Assembly (NCBI GenBank): GCA_963734495.1
Contig: CAVTHK010000001.1
Coordinates: forward strand, 64,001-128,000
DNA: 64,000 bases
Direction: 5' to 3'
DNA from: an uncultured Spirochaetota bacterium
GTDB taxonomy: Bacteria; Spirochaetota; Spirochaetia; SZUA-6; CAVTHK01
Shown: piece by piece, positions 38,202 through 49,312 of the stretch
Layout of the letters: each line of letters starts with the position of its first letter
How positions within the stretch are numbered: position 1 is the stretch's first letter
Notes under the pieces: generated by a model
Told to the model about the DNA's origin: nothing
Databases searched by the model: none
What the model saw: only the letters and a program-made list of their open reading frames with translations
Program-made: the position numbers and the translations under genes

Positions 38202-40193
38202 TCAACCCGCCACCACGGCGCAGTGGCAGGAGAACTCCGGGACGACAAAGCGCACTTCGCCCGTCGTCGCGTCGGCCTCGAAGTCCAGGGGTCCGCCGTC
38301 GGGCTCGAGGGTAAGGCGCCTGACCGCGACCGGCAGCCGGAGGGCGGCGCGCACACCGCGCAGGGGCGGCAGGTCCTCGATCACGGCGCAGCGGCCGCGC
38401 TGCAGCGGGGCCGCGTACAGCAGATGCAGCACGTACTGCCCGCGGTCGGGAAAGTGCAGCAGGCTCACCCGGCCGGCGCTGGGCATCTCGACCCGCACCA
38501 TCGGCCGCGCATGGAGGGAGCGCAGCAGACCCGCGAACAGCGCGCGGTGAACCCAGGCCCCGTGGGCGTAGTAGAGCCGGTCGAGGGCGTGGGCGCAGGC
38601 TATGACCGGGCCGCGGCGCGCGACCGCCGGGTGCGCGGCATCCTCCTGGCGGTACGGGGTGTTCTGGTGTCCGCAATAGGCCCCGTAGGTCCGGCTGAAG
38701 TACGGCTCCCGGATGGCGGCAAGCGTGTCCGTCCCCTTGCGCGCCCGCAGGCGCAGAGCGGCCTCATAGTTCAAAAAGGGCGAGGCCGGAAGCCCCGGGG
38801 CCACGTCCGCGGCAGCTACGGTGTAGTCGACGTCAAAGCGGCCCGCCCCCAGGTAGTCCACCCCTGCCTCGGGCAGCGGGTTGGCCTGCGAGGCGTCGAG
38901 GAGGCCCGAGCCGAGCAGCAGCAGTCGGCCGCCCGCGGCGACGTAGCTCGCGACCTTCGGGCGCGCCCCGTCCAGGGCGCCGGCCACCGAGGGGACCACG
39001 AGCGCCTCGAAGCGGGAGAGATCGTCGTCCGGACCCGCGACGTCGAAGTCGAGGTGCTCCTCGAGAAGCATGCGCGCGGTCCCCTCGTCCGCCGGCAGGT
39101 CGTTGGCCAGCCACAGGCCGAGCGAGGCCGCGGGACGCCCGCCTATGCCGAGGCGCTCGATCCTCTCGACGTAGGCAAACGCGTGGCCGATGTTCTCGTA
39201 AGTCGTCATGTCCATCGCGCCGCGGGGGTGCATCTGGTCGCCGAAGTTGCAGCGCGAGCCGAAAGCGATCATGCTGGCGGCCTCGTAGCGCAGGGCCTCC
39301 GGGTGCTTGAAGCCCCCGAACTCGCCCCACGAGGTGTGGAACTTGCCGCTCATGGCCACGATCGGCCGGCCTTCTTTGAGAAAGCGCTTGGCCCTCAGCG
39401 GAAACTTGTCGTAGCCGCCCCAGGTGGTGGGGAGGTCCTCGAGGTCGTTCTTCGTGTTCCAGCGGTAGAGCCGGTACTTGAAGTTCTGCGGCCGGCCGAA
39501 GGCCGTCAGGCCGTTGAAGTAGATGCTCGCCTCCGGGGCGATGCCCCTTATCAGCGCGCTGAGATCCTCGCAGTGGCGCTCGATCGTGAGGGCCCGGAAC
39601 CGATCCACGTCATCGGGGCGCGCCGGGTCGAGCCCGGCCTGCGCCATCCCGCGGCGGCAGCGGGCGCAGTAGCAGGCTACCTGGGGGTGGTAGATGTCGT
39701 ACCAGAAGCCGTCAACGGGAAAGAGGCGGCAGATCTCTTCGGTCTGGGCTCGGATCAGGGCGTGGTAGTCGCCGCTCGGGCACAGCTCCTTCCACTGCAC
39801 GGGCGGCTTGGGCGTGTCGGGACCCGCCTGGTCGTCCCAGTTCGCTGCCGCGAACTTTCCCTCGGAGGTGCGTACGCACCAGTCCGGATGGGTCTCGGCA
39901 TCGGCCGCCGACCACCCGACGGTGTAGTAGACCGGCGCGCGTACGCCGATCTCGTGGCACGCCGCGATCTGCTCACCGAGCAGGTCGATCTTCAGGTGCG
40001 GGTGAGGCTTCCCGACCCGCGTCGGGTAGTAGCTCCACCCGTGGTGGCACTTGGCGAACACGTTGATCAGCTCGACGTGCCCCGCTTTGAGGGCGCGCTG
40101 AAACTGGCCGCGCGAGAAGTCCGCCCCGATGCCCGGGATCAGCTCCGAAGTGTGGAAGTCCAGGTGGACCTGCCTGGAAGGCTCGTCGTGCAT
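38202..40193 (-). CDS. Putative glycoside hydrolase, GHL6-like with GH42-type trimerisation region
   Basis: RQVHLDFHTS, FAKCHHGWSYYPT, DGFWYDI, CYCARC, GKFHTSWGEFGG. Confidence 0.82.
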   Translation of the reverse strand: MHDEPSRQVHLDFHTSELIPGIGADFSRGQFQRALKAGHVELINVFAKCHHGWSYYPTRVGKPHPHLKIDLLGEQIAACHEIGVRAPVYYTVGWSAADAETHPDWCVRTSEGKFAAANWDDQAGPDTPKPPVQWKELCPSGDYHALIRAQTEEICRLFPVDGFWYDIYHPQVACYCARCRRGMAQAGLDPARPDDVDRFRALTIERHCEDLSALIRGIAPEASIYFNGLTAFGRPQNFKYRLYRWNTKNDLEDLPTTWGGYDKFPLRAKRFLKEGRPIVAMSGKFHTSWGEFGGFKHPEALRYEAASMIAFGSRCNFGDQMHPRGAMDMTTYENIGHAFAYVERIERLGIGGRPAASLGLWLANDLPADEGTARMLLEEHLDFDVAGPDDDLSRFEALVVPSVAGALDGARPKVASYVAAGGRLLLLGSGLLDASQANPLPEAGVDYLGAGRFDVDYTVAAADVAPGLPASPFLNYEAALRLRARKGTDTLAAIREPYFSRTYGAYCGHQNTPYRQEDAAHPAVARRGPVIACAHALDRLYYAHGAWVHRALFAGLLRSLHARPMVRVEMPSAGRVSLLHFPDRGQYVLHLLYAAPLQRGRCAVIEDLPPLRGVRAALRLPVAVRRLTLEPDGGPLDFEADATTGEVRFVVPEFSCHCAVVAG

Positions 40194-40282
40194 GTCGTCT
40201 CCGGGCCCCGCTCTTCGGCCGACCCCACGGCGGGCCCGGCTCCATTTGACGCGATTCCGAAGCCTCGGTCAACGCGCGGCGC

Positions 40283-41506
40283 TCACCGCTTGAGCACGCC
40301 GAGAGCGCCGCCGACCCTGCGGAACGCCTCGACCGCGCGCTCCAGGTCCGCGCGCTCGTGGGCGGCCGAAAGCTGCACGCGGATGCGCGCCCTGCCGCGC
40401 GGCACGACCGGGTAGGAGAAGCCGACGACGTAGACGCCCTCGTCGAGCAGCGCCTCGGCCATGCGCAGCGCGAGCGGCTCCTGGTACAGCATCACCGGCA
40501 CGATGGCGGTCGCCCCGGGCGCGACGTCGAAGCCGGCCGACGTGATCGCGGCGCGGAACCAGGCGGCGTTCTCCATGACTTTGGCGCGCAGATCGTCGGA
40601 GCGCTCGATGAGATCGATGGCCTTCATCGTGGCGCCGGCCACCGCGGGGGCCAGCGTATTGGAGAAGAGGTAGGGTCGCGACCGCTGCCGGAGCCAGGCA
40701 ATGATCTCGGCGCGGCCCGCGGTGCAGCCGCCGCTCGCGCCGCCCAGGGCCTTGCCGAAGGTGGTGTTGACGATGTCGACGCGCCCTTCGACCCCGCACA
40801 GGGCGGGGGTGCCCCTGCCCCCTTCGCCCAGGTAGCCGGTCGCGTGCGAGTCGTCCACCATGACGAGGGCGTCGTGCTTTTCCGCCAGATCGCAGATCGC
40901 GGCCAGGGGCGCGACGTCGCCGTCCATCGAGAAGACGCCGTCGGTGCAGACCAGCCGGTAGCGGCTGCCCGCCGCCTCGCGCAGGCAGCGCTCGAGGTCC
41001 GCGGCGTCGGCGTGCTTGTAGCGCAGCCGCTGCGCCTTGCAGAGCCGCACGCCGTCGATGATCGACGCGTGGTTGAGCTCGTCGGAGATCACCGCGTCCT
41101 GCTCGCCGAGCAGCGGCTCGAAGAGCCCGCCGTTGGCGTCGAAGCAGGAGGAGTACAGGAGCGCGTCGTCGCAGCGCAAAAAGGAGGCGATGCGCCGCTC
41201 GAGCTCCTTGTGCAGCTTCTGCGTCCCGCAGATAAAGCGCACCGAAGCCAGACCGAAGCCCCAGTCGCCCATCGCCTCCTGCGCGGCGCGCACCACCTGC
41301 GGATGGTTTCCCAGCCCGAGGTAGTTGTTGGCGCAGAAGTTCAGGACCGTGCGGGCGCGCACCTGCCCCGCGGCTTCCGCCTCCGCCGACAGCACCTGGA
41401 TGCTGCGGCCCTGAGGCGACAGCAGCACGCGCTCGCTCTTGGTGAGCCCCTCGCCCCTGAGCTGCTCGAGTGCAGCGGCGAGGGCGTCCTTCATCTTGCC
41501 GATCAT
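40283..41506 (-). CDS. kbl: Glycine C-acetyltransferase (2-amino-3-ketobutyrate CoA ligase)
   Basis: [42 protein letters not shown] (PLP Lys), RPYLFSN, ARIRVQ. Confidence 0.95.
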   Translation of the reverse strand: MIGKMKDALAAALEQLRGEGLTKSERVLLSPQGRSIQVLSAEAEAAGQVRARTVLNFCANNYLGLGNHPQVVRAAQEAMGDWGFGLASVRFICGTQKLHKELERRIASFLRCDDALLYSSCFDANGGLFEPLLGEQDAVISDELNHASIIDGVRLCKAQRLRYKHADAADLERCLREAAGSRYRLVCTDGVFSMDGDVAPLAAICDLAEKHDALVMVDDSHATGYLGEGGRGTPALCGVEGRVDIVNTTFGKALGGASGGCTAGRAEIIAWLRQRSRPYLFSNTLAPAVAGATMKAIDLIERSDDLRAKVMENAAWFRAAITSAGFDVAPGATAIVPVMLYQEPLALRMAEALLDEGVYVVGFSYPVVPRGRARIRVQLSAAHERADLERAVEAFRRVGGALGVLKR

Positions 41507-41647
41507 CGGTCCTCCGCCGCGCCCGGCGAGCGGGCGGCTCGGACCGGGCACCGCCCGTTCAGCGCTGCGTGCAGTATACGCGCGCGACCGGCAGGAGGCA
41601 ATTCGGGCGGCGCCGGGAAGCGTCGAACCTCGCGGTCTGCGTCCGTC

Positions 41648-42829
41648 CTACCAGCGAAGCTTGTGGATCGGGCTCGTCCCCCACTCGTTCGGCTTGTCGC
41701 TAACCTCCCGGTCGATGTCGGCGCGGTGGAACACCTCGGGGCGCAGCTCGGTGCCGAGGCCGGGCCCTTCGGGCAGCTCCATGTAGCCGTCCTTGACCAC
41801 GACGTTCTTGGTCACCAGCTCCGAGTAGAACGTCAGGTAGAAGGCGCGTATGCTCTCCATGATCATGAGGTTGGGGATGTTCGCGCAGACATGGGCGGTC
41901 GCGAAGAAGCATCCCGGCCCTCCGCAGTTGTGCGGCGCGATCGGCAGACTGTGGGTTTCGGCCATGGTCGCGATCTTTTTCGTTTCGCTCACGCCGCCCA
42001 CCCAGCAGATGTCCGGCATGATGATGTGGGCCGCGCGCGCGTCGATGAGCTTCTTGAACTGCCAGCGGGTAAAGAGCCTCTCGCTTTCGCAGATCGGCAC
42101 CCTGATCGAGGCGACCAGCCGCGACAGCCCTTCCACGTCGTCCGCCATCATGGGCTCTTCCCAGAACATCAGGTTGAAGCGCTCCAGCTCCTTGCCGATG
42201 CGGATCGCGGTGGGAAGGTCCCAGTTGGCGGCGCAGTCGATGGCGATCTCCATCGAGTCGCCGACCGCGTCGCGGATGGCCTGCAGGGGCTTGAGTCCGG
42301 CGGCGAGGTTCTCCGGGCTGATGTAGTGCCCCCTGGTCTCCTGGGCGAACGTCAGGAACGGGTTGACCTTCATGGCTTTCAGGCCGGTGCTCTTGAGGAG
42401 CTTCGCGAGCTCGCCCGGCTGTTTCACCTTCATCTCGCCATCCTTGATGTTGCCCCAGGAATCGCAGCTGTTGTAGAGGGGAATCCTGTCCCTGCACTTC
42501 CCGCCGAGCAGCCGGTAGATGGGCTGGCCCATGTACTTGCCGAGGATGTCCCACAGCGCGATGTCGATCGCGGAGATGGCCCTGATTTCCGCCCCGCCGA
42601 AGCCGTGCATGTTCGCCCACTGGAACATCGCGTACCAGATCGACTCGATGTCGCGGGGGTCGCGGCCGATCAGCACCTGCGAGAAGGCCTCGTGCACCGC
42701 GGCCTTGGCCGGACCGACCTTGTCGTAGGTCTCGCCCAGGCCGACGATGCCTTCGTCGGTGTGAATGAGCACCCACAGCAGCCTCATGTACTCCTTGACG
42801 CGTACCGTCTCGACCTTGGTGATCTTCAT
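41648..42829 (-). CDS. Mandelate racemase/muconate lactonising-family enzyme (galactonate-dehydratase-like)
   Basis: GLGET, SAIDIALWDILGK, AMKVN, AID / WEEP / SERL ligands, MPDICWVGG, APHNC, PGLG. Confidence 0.9.
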   Translation of the reverse strand: MKITKVETVRVKEYMRLLWVLIHTDEGIVGLGETYDKVGPAKAAVHEAFSQVLIGRDPRDIESIWYAMFQWANMHGFGGAEIRAISAIDIALWDILGKYMGQPIYRLLGGKCRDRIPLYNSCDSWGNIKDGEMKVKQPGELAKLLKSTGLKAMKVNPFLTFAQETRGHYISPENLAAGLKPLQAIRDAVGDSMEIAIDCAANWDLPTAIRIGKELERFNLMFWEEPMMADDVEGLSRLVASIRVPICESERLFTRWQFKKLIDARAAHIIMPDICWVGGVSETKKIATMAETHSLPIAPHNCGGPGCFFATAHVCANIPNLMIMESIRAFYLTFYSELVTKNVVVKDGYMELPEGPGLGTELRPEVFHRADIDREVSDKPNEWGTSPIHKLRW

Positions 42830-42898
42830 GGTTGTCCCTCTCCTCGCATGTGTTCGCGGCCGCGGTTGAGCTCAGCCGACGTGCCCCTGTATGAGCCC

Positions 42899-43363
42899 CT
42901 ATTTGACCGTGACGATCATCTCGACTTCGACAGCCTGGTTGTTGGGAAGCACCGAAGTGCCGATCGCGGACCTGGCGTGTCTGCCGTTCTCGCCGAAGAC
43001 TTCGACCATGAGGTCCGTCAGTCCGTGCATGACCGCGGGCTGCTGGGTGAAGTCGGGAGCGCTGTTGACGAACCCCAGCACCTTGACCACTCGATCGACC
43101 TTGTCGAGAGTGCCGAAATGCTCCTTGAGCGTCGCGAGAAGCTGCAGCCCGCACTGCCTGGCGGCCTCGTAGCCCTGCTCGACGGTGAGCGACGCGCCGA
43201 CCTTGCCCCGGTGTATCGGCTCGCCGTCTTCCTTTTCGCACCCGTGTCCCGAGAGGAACACGAGGTTTCCGACCTGCTGGAGCGACAGGATCTTCTTGCC
43301 GCCCGCCTTCTTTACCGGCAGCCTGATCCCGAGCGATTCCAGTCGTTCCTCGATCTTTCCCAC
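42899..43363 (-). CDS. RidA/YjgF-family protein
   Basis: VFLSGH, GKVG, VVKVLGFVNS, FGENGRHARSAIG, AVEVE. Confidence 0.9.
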   Translation of the reverse strand: MGKIEERLESLGIRLPVKKAGGKKILSLQQVGNLVFLSGHGCEKEDGEPIHRGKVGASLTVEQGYEAARQCGLQLLATLKEHFGTLDKVDRVVKVLGFVNSAPDFTQQPAVMHGLTDLMVEVFGENGRHARSAIGTSVLPNNQAVEVEMIVTVK

Positions 43364-43372
43364 TGTCCCCTC

Positions 43373-43925
43373 CTATGACGAGATCACGGCGCGGACGTAG
43401 CTCGCGATGTTGCTCACCGCCCAGTAAGGGTCGGCCTTTCCGTGCCACTCGATCATGAGGTAGCCCCGGTACCCGGCATCGCGGTAGATCCGCAGCAGGC
43501 GCCCCATGTCCACGTGCAACTCGCGGCCGGCGTCGTCGATCTCGAAGAATTGAAGATGAAGGTATGGTGCCCGGTCGACCAGCGCTCGCGCCGCGTCGTA
43601 GACGATCTCGCCTCCCACGAACTTGGCGCAGTTGTAAGGGTCCGGGCACAACCGGCACCGTTCGTGCCCGACATCGTCGATGAGGGACACCAGCTCAGCC
43701 GGCGCGAAGCAGACGTCGCTGTGATTCTCGACGACGATGGTCACGCCGCATGCCTGGGCGGTTTCCGCGCACGCGAGGAGAGCTTCCCTGACCCACTCCC
43801 GCTGGGCTGCGGCATCCACCCGCGAGTCCCGGTCACCGGTGAACAGCTTGACGAACGGAACTCCCGTAAAGCCGGCGATCCGCGTCCACGCGCGGACCGT
43901 GTCGATCTCCGCCCTGCGCACGGCC
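43373..43925 (-). pseudogene. Sugar-phosphate isomerase/epimerase (AP endonuclease 2 TIM barrel), apparently 5'-truncated
   Basis: VRRAEIDTV...VKLFTG...VVENH...CPDPYN...YLHLQ...GYRGYLMIEW. Upstream of about 43925 the frame does not resemble the family, and I found no convincing start or RBS. Confidence 0.6.
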
Positions 43926-44167
43926 GCCGCAGCCCTCCACGCAGCGACCACCCGCACAGGAGCACGGGGTTCGCCGCATTCTGCGTCACGTCGTACCGGC
44001 GCACCTCGAGGCCTGATGCGTTCGAGCGAGGTCGTCCATTGAATTGTCCCGCCATGGAGTACTCGCTGAACCCTTCGGCATAGAAGCACAGATGAGTCTT
44101 CGGTCGTTGGCGGCGGACACTTTCGGCAGCGGCAGACGCAGCACGAGCAGCCCAAGATACGCGCCTC

Positions 44168-46019
44168 TCACATGGCGACTTGCCTGTCGCTCCCTCGCGC
44201 GGCCAGGAAGCCTTCTCTGTATGTCTTGGGACCGATGCCGTGGTAGCGTCGAAAGGCTTTCCGGAACGTGTCGCCGCTGGCGCCACCGTTCGCGGTCTCC
44301 GCAGCGGAGGGCGGTGATCAAGGCGTTCTCTACATGAATGGGGTAGTAGTAGTTCTCTTCGCGGCGCTCTGCGCTGACCGACGTGGATCTGGGCCCGGAG
44401 CCACGAGTCGGCTCGGCCTCCAACTGCCGCTGCGCTTCAAAGAAAGACCGGCAGACCTCCAGCAAAGACTGTGTCATCCCGCCGCGGAAGCACTCGACCC
44501 GCACTCCGAATCTGCCCTTGAGCGAGGAGGCGAGCTGTTCGCACCATCGGTTGAGCGTATCCTCGAACTCACTGCGATCCGCCGAGGGCGAGCTCACGAG
44601 GAGTGTCACCGAGTCGAAGGCGGTGTCGACGCAATGCACCGCGCTCCCCGCGATCTCCCCGGCTGTCTGCCTGACCAGGATGCGGCAGGTCGTCAGCTCC
44701 GTCAGTGTTTCGCCCGAGATGAGAGACCCGAAGCCCATCACGCGGATCACGACGCAGACGTGAAGTCGCCCCGCAAAGACGAGCCGGGCCTGCCCTGTCA
44801 GATGATGCAGCTCTTTCTCCGTTCCGACATCGCCGATCAGCAGGCGGTCGAGCAGGGCGGCCCGGACAAGCGGAAGCTCGACCGTTCGAACCGCAAGAAG
44901 CCTCCTGTCCCGCTCCACCAGTCCGGATATGCTCCGTCCGAGGTCATCGACAGTCAATCCGGGATCCGCTCGGTCCGCCCCTTGCGCCACCGCAGCGGAT
45001 AACCCGGCAATCGCGTCCCGCAGGGGCCGGCTCGCTCGATACACGACCGAATACGCCAGGACTGTGCCGATCGCGACCGCAATGAACACCGAAGCGGCCG
45101 CTACGGACTTGACGCCGCTCAGTCGCGCCATCAGATACTTCTTCGGTACGCCGACGAGGTAGGACCAGTCACTCTGCCCGGAACGGGTAAAGGCGACGGA
45201 ATACATCTCGGAGCCTATACACATTTCCTGGCGTTGGCGCTCGGAGAGCGTACGTATCAGAGATGCCGCATTCGCAGGGGGGTCGCCCGCGGTCACGATC
45301 GTGCGGCCGGCCCCGTCCAGAGCCGCCGCCCACCCCGTTGCGCCGAGCTTGAGCCGGGCGAGCAGGCGAGCGATCGCCTCCTCTCGGAGGTAAAAGACAA
45401 CGGTGGCCGCAGGAGCGCTCGCCGTTCCAAGAGGCAACGATTGAAAATAGGCCACGGTCCGAAGCGGCTTGCCGTTGAGAGTGACCTGCACATGCGCAAG
45501 GATTTCCCTGTTGTGCGTCCCGCGCATGAGGAGCCGGTACCACTCCTCGAACGAAAGCCCGACATGAGCCAGGGTTGAGCCGTAAAACAGAGGCAGCCGG
45601 AACGAAACGAGGTCGGGCGACATGATCACATCGCTTCGCCAGAAGTAGACGTAGTAGTCCGCGACGAGATTGTTCGCTACCTGGTATCGAGGCAAGCCAC
45701 GCCAGACCTGTCGCATCAGGGCGTAGTTGTCCTTCTCAAGAGGATCGGACACAGAGAGGAATCTTGTGACCAGAGGGTTCCAGGCGAGCGCGTTCGTCAT
45801 CTGTTCGACCGAAAGGATACCCTGATCGATGATCTCGCTCGTGTGATCGAGGATCGCGGTGTTAGTGTCTTCTATGGAAGAGCGGACGGCCCTGAAGGCG
45901 CTCGCGTAGGCGAAGATCCCCGCGAGACACGGTAGACCCAGCACCAGGACATAAGCGATGACGAGCCCGTGGCGAAGCTTCCCGGCGAATCTGAGTGAGA
46001 CCCGTGATAACGTTCCCAT
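44168..46019 (-). pseudogene. Membrane-anchored sensor/AraC regulator (YesS-like) with an internal deletion removing most of the HTH region
   Basis: Two TM segments and a periplasmic region. After YYYPIHVENALITALRCGDRE the sequence jumps, in another frame, to ASGDTFRKAFRRYHGIGPKTYR...* (44281-44168). Confidence 0.75.
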
Positions 46020-46031
46020 AGTTTGCGAACG

Positions 46032-47462
46032 TCACTCCAGCGCGCAGGCCACCCCCTGACCTGACAGCGCATTTCGCAGGTCCCGAACCTGAATCTGCCG
46101 CGGACCGTCGCCTCTGCGGGCGGTCAGCGCGGCTGCTACCCCGGCTACCTGCCCCGTGAGAGTACACACCAGGATCGGTCGCGTAAAGCCATCGAGCTCG
46201 TGCGTGACGGAGATCGGCCTGCCCGCCACCAGAATGCCCTCCAAGTCCTGCGGAAGCCAGACCCGGTAGGGAATGTTCATGACTCCGGCCTCGTGCCTCA
46301 TGCTGGCAGGATTTCTCTCCGCGACATCCGCCTCGGAACCCTCCTGCCCGTCCGCGCTGTGGAACTCTACCTCGCCCGCCCGGTACACCGGGAGCCTGAC
46401 AGGAAAACTGAGCACCACGTCTGGAAACGTCGTCTGGGAGCGGACTTCGTCTCTGTTGAGCACGTGATCGCCGATGATGTGGCGCGTCTCACGCACGCCC
46501 ATGTTGGACGCGCTCTGCTCCAGATAGCATCTCTCGCATCCAGGAACGTCCTTTTTCAGAAACGCCACCAGCCGCCTAGCCTGTCGCCTCGCCTCCAGCT
46601 CTCCGCGGGTCAGGTCCACTGTGTCCGTGCCGTCTACATCGTAGACCCTAACCGTGTTGATGAGCGCCGTGCCGCGCTGGATCCAGCAGTCTTCGAGTCT
46701 CAGATAGAAGCAGTTGCGATCGATCTCCCCCCGCTCGCGAGCCTGGCTCACAAGGTCGTAGAATCCGCTGATCCGAGTGAGTACCGAACGATCGCCGGCG
46801 TAGCTGTCCCGCCACTGCGGCTGGATCTGGTCCGGATGAGCCGCAGCGTAAGCCAGCAGCCTGTCGAATGCGATCCCGCCTATCTTGAAGATCAACGTGA
46901 CGGGTCGCATCTTCCGATCTTCCTGCCTCCCCTTCGTGGACGCCCCGCCAGATCTGCTGATGACGTCGGCGTCACCGGTGGCATCGACGATTGCCTTGCC
47001 GAGTATGACGCGGCGCCCGGTCTTGTTTTCGACCGCAATCCCGACGACCCTGTTTGACTCGAGCACAGGCTGCGAGGCCACTGTGTACAGCAGCAGCTGG
47101 ACTCCGGCTTCCACGGCCATCTCCAGCGCTACGTCCTTGAGCACCTCGATGTCCACCGCCACAACATCGGGTTTGCCGTCCCAGACGCCTCCGCCTCCGG
47201 CGGCCAGTATTCGCCGAACCATCTCTCTGCCGACACCGGAGGTCCTAGCGTGCCCATACAGCGCGCCCATCATTCCCGCCGTGGCTGTGCCACCGAGGAA
47301 ACTGTTGCGTTCCAGCAGAATCGTGCGAGCACCACACCTGGCGGCCGCAATGGCCGCACCGATCCCCGCGGGCCCGCCGCCGACGCACACGACGTCAGCA
47401 CGTTCCGTCACTGCAGCGGCAGGAACGTCCGAAAGCCGCAGAGAGTCCAGCACTTCGTTCAC
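46032..47462 (-). CDS. FAD-dependent oxidoreductase (PF12831-type)
   Basis: RBS AAGGAG plus GTG; VVCVGGGPAG, LGGTAT, VDATGDAD, GVRETRHIIG, IPYR...LVAGRPIS. Confidence 0.88.
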   Translation of the reverse strand: MNEVLDSLRLSDVPAAAVTERADVVCVGGGPAGIGAAIAAARCGARTILLERNSFLGGTATAGMMGALYGHARTSGVGREMVRRILAAGGGGVWDGKPDVVAVDIEVLKDVALEMAVEAGVQLLLYTVASQPVLESNRVVGIAVENKTGRRVILGKAIVDATGDADVISRSGGASTKGRQEDRKMRPVTLIFKIGGIAFDRLLAYAAAHPDQIQPQWRDSYAGDRSVLTRISGFYDLVSQARERGEIDRNCFYLRLEDCWIQRGTALINTVRVYDVDGTDTVDLTRGELEARRQARRLVAFLKKDVPGCERCYLEQSASNMGVRETRHIIGDHVLNRDEVRSQTTFPDVVLSFPVRLPVYRAGEVEFHSADGQEGSEADVAERNPASMRHEAGVMNIPYRVWLPQDLEGILVAGRPISVTHELDGFTRPILVCTLTGQVAGVAAALTARRGDGPRQIQVRDLRNALSGQGVACALE

Positions 47463-47538
47463 CCGGAGGCTCCTTTGTTCAAAGCGGGCCGGCGCCTGGA
47501 CCTCCACGCCGCCGGCCCTCGCAGACTCGTAGGGGCGC

Positions 47539-49214
47539 CTATTGCCCGCGGCGGTCCTTGCTGTACTGGGAATCGTAGGCCTTCTGACAGATATCGAGGT
47601 ACCGCTTGAGGTCCATCGCCTCGAGCTCCTTGACGTAGCCAGCCCAATCACTCACAAAGTTCAGCTCGCCCGTTATGAAGCGAGCCGTGCTCTCCTTGAC
47701 ATAACCATTGATTGTGGTCTTGAGCTGTGCGACCTCGGCTGCCGTGTCCCGCTTCATGTAGACCGGGGGATACACGTCGGCTATGTCCGGATGGATGCCA
47801 ATATCGTACTTGGTTTCGGTTTCCCACGTATTGCGAGTCTGGCTGGCTTCGGGAGCGAACATGTCCGGCGCCTTGACCAAGCCCTGCTTCAGATCAATGG
47901 GTCGATGGAGCGGCCCGAGCTGCGCCCAATGGTGGTTCTGGATCTGGCCCCACACCTTCAGATCGAGCCAGACGGCTGGTTTGTTGTTCAGCCCGATCTC
48001 TCCAGGCTTGCCCCACCGCCAGTCTTCGCCGAGGATGCCGTAGGTGGACCTCAGGGTCGCCTCGGGGTTGTAGAGGTGATCGGCGTACTTGAACGCGACG
48101 AGGGGCGACTTGCAGTTGCTGGTGATCACGTAGGCACCGGTTTCCACTCCGTAAGGGTAGTAAGTCTCGGTGCGGAACCCGTTAGGTCCGGAAAGGGGCG
48201 ACACCGAGGTGTAGATCTTGTACCGGCCGCTCGGCCCGCCGTTCCTCGTGAGCACGCCGAACCAGAGGGCGATCGCCCCCCCTAGTACAGGGTCGCCGGG
48301 CTTTTCGCCAAGCGACATGAGCTGTACGTCGGTCTGCGTAAAGGCGGCCGGATCGATCAGGCCTTCCTTGTACAACCGGGCGAGGTATTCGAGCCCCGCC
48401 TTCCACTCGGGTTTGTTGGCGGCGAAATCCAGCTTGCCCTGCTTGAGCAAAAAGTAGTTCTCGTCATCGTAGTAGATGAAGGCGTTCATGAAGAACGAAG
48501 GGAACGCAGTCTTTGATCCTTTGATCGCTCCACTCAGAGGAACCTCGTCCCGCTTGCCGTTCCCGTTGGGATCGCGGTCCTTGAAGGCCTTGAGCACGGT
48601 ATACATCTCTTCCGTGGTCGCGGGGGCCTTGAGGTCGAGCTTCTTGAGCCACTGCGAGTTGATCCACATCTTCTGCCCATAGAGGCAGTGGTAGCATCCG
48701 TTCGTACTCGGCAGGCTGTAGATGTTGCCGTCCGGAGTCGTGATCATGCGACGAAGGAAGTCACGGTAGAACGGCCCTTCGAACGCCTTCTTGAACTCGA
48801 CGCCGTGTGCGTCGATCATCTTGTTCAGCGACTGGAAAGCCCGGCAGGCCCGTACTGCATCTCTTCCTCGCGCGTCGTTTGCGCAGAGAACAGGACATCG
48901 GGGTAAGTGCCGCTGGCAAGGACCAGCGTCCTCTTCTCTGCGATCGCCGAGAGGGGCACCGTTTCCCACTCGACGTGTACGTTGGTCAGATCCTCCATGT
49001 ACTTGGTCATGGCATTCGTCGCCATGTCCTCGACAAACGGATGCTGAGGGGCAAAGAACTTGAGCGTCACCTTTTCTTTCGTGATAGGAAACTGCCCTGG
49101 CTCCGAGACCCCCACTGCAGCCGTGCCTGCAGTCTCGGATCCGCCGGCCGCGAAAACCGACACCGACAGTGCCGCCAGCAGCAACACGATCATGCCATAC
49201 ACCGTTCTCGTCAC
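47539..49214 (-). CDS. Carbohydrate ABC transporter solute-binding protein (LplA-like); one apparent frameshift near 48843; no intact adjacent permeases
   Basis: RBS AAGGAGG plus GTG 49214; PGQFPITKEKVTL, LASGTYPD; second frame WINSQWLKKLDL...DPNGNGKRDEVP...RFITG. Confidence 0.85.
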
Positions 49215-49293
49215 CGATGACCTCCTTGGTTTTCGATTGCCTACGCAGTGCGCCGTTGACGCAGTCCCGTCACGACATGCGCCCACCTCCCTC

Positions 49294-49311
49294 CTATCCT
49301 TTGATCGCTCC
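49294..49311 (-). pseudogene. Possible 3'-end remnant (GAIKG*) of a carbohydrate ABC permease gene
   Basis: GGA GCG ATC AAA GGA TAG, 1 nt after the NitT/TauT permease stop and just upstream of the orphan binding protein. Matches the C-termini of LplC-like permeases in this window. Confidence 0.4.
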
Positions 49312-49312
49312 G

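Noticed and set aside
40358..43378. Very long alternative ORFs (1006 aa here; also 5385-7697, 17177-19333, 22261-24471, 38223-40415, 57888-60278)
   Set aside because: They are antisense shadows of well-supported genes, expected in high-GC DNA with strong codon bias, and carry no recognisable motifs.
43986..46019. 677-aa ORF as an intact novel membrane protein
   Set aside because: Its last ~100 residues are out-of-frame read-through past a deletion. The true AraC tail is in another frame.
48516..49311. Exact 16-bp direct repeat ATCCTTTGATCGCTCC at 48516-48531 and 49296-49311 as a target-site duplication
   Set aside because: One copy lies in frame within the SBP (PLSGAIKG) and the enclosed 780 bp is the SBP's own 5' part, not an element. 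Both copies simply encode GAIKG.
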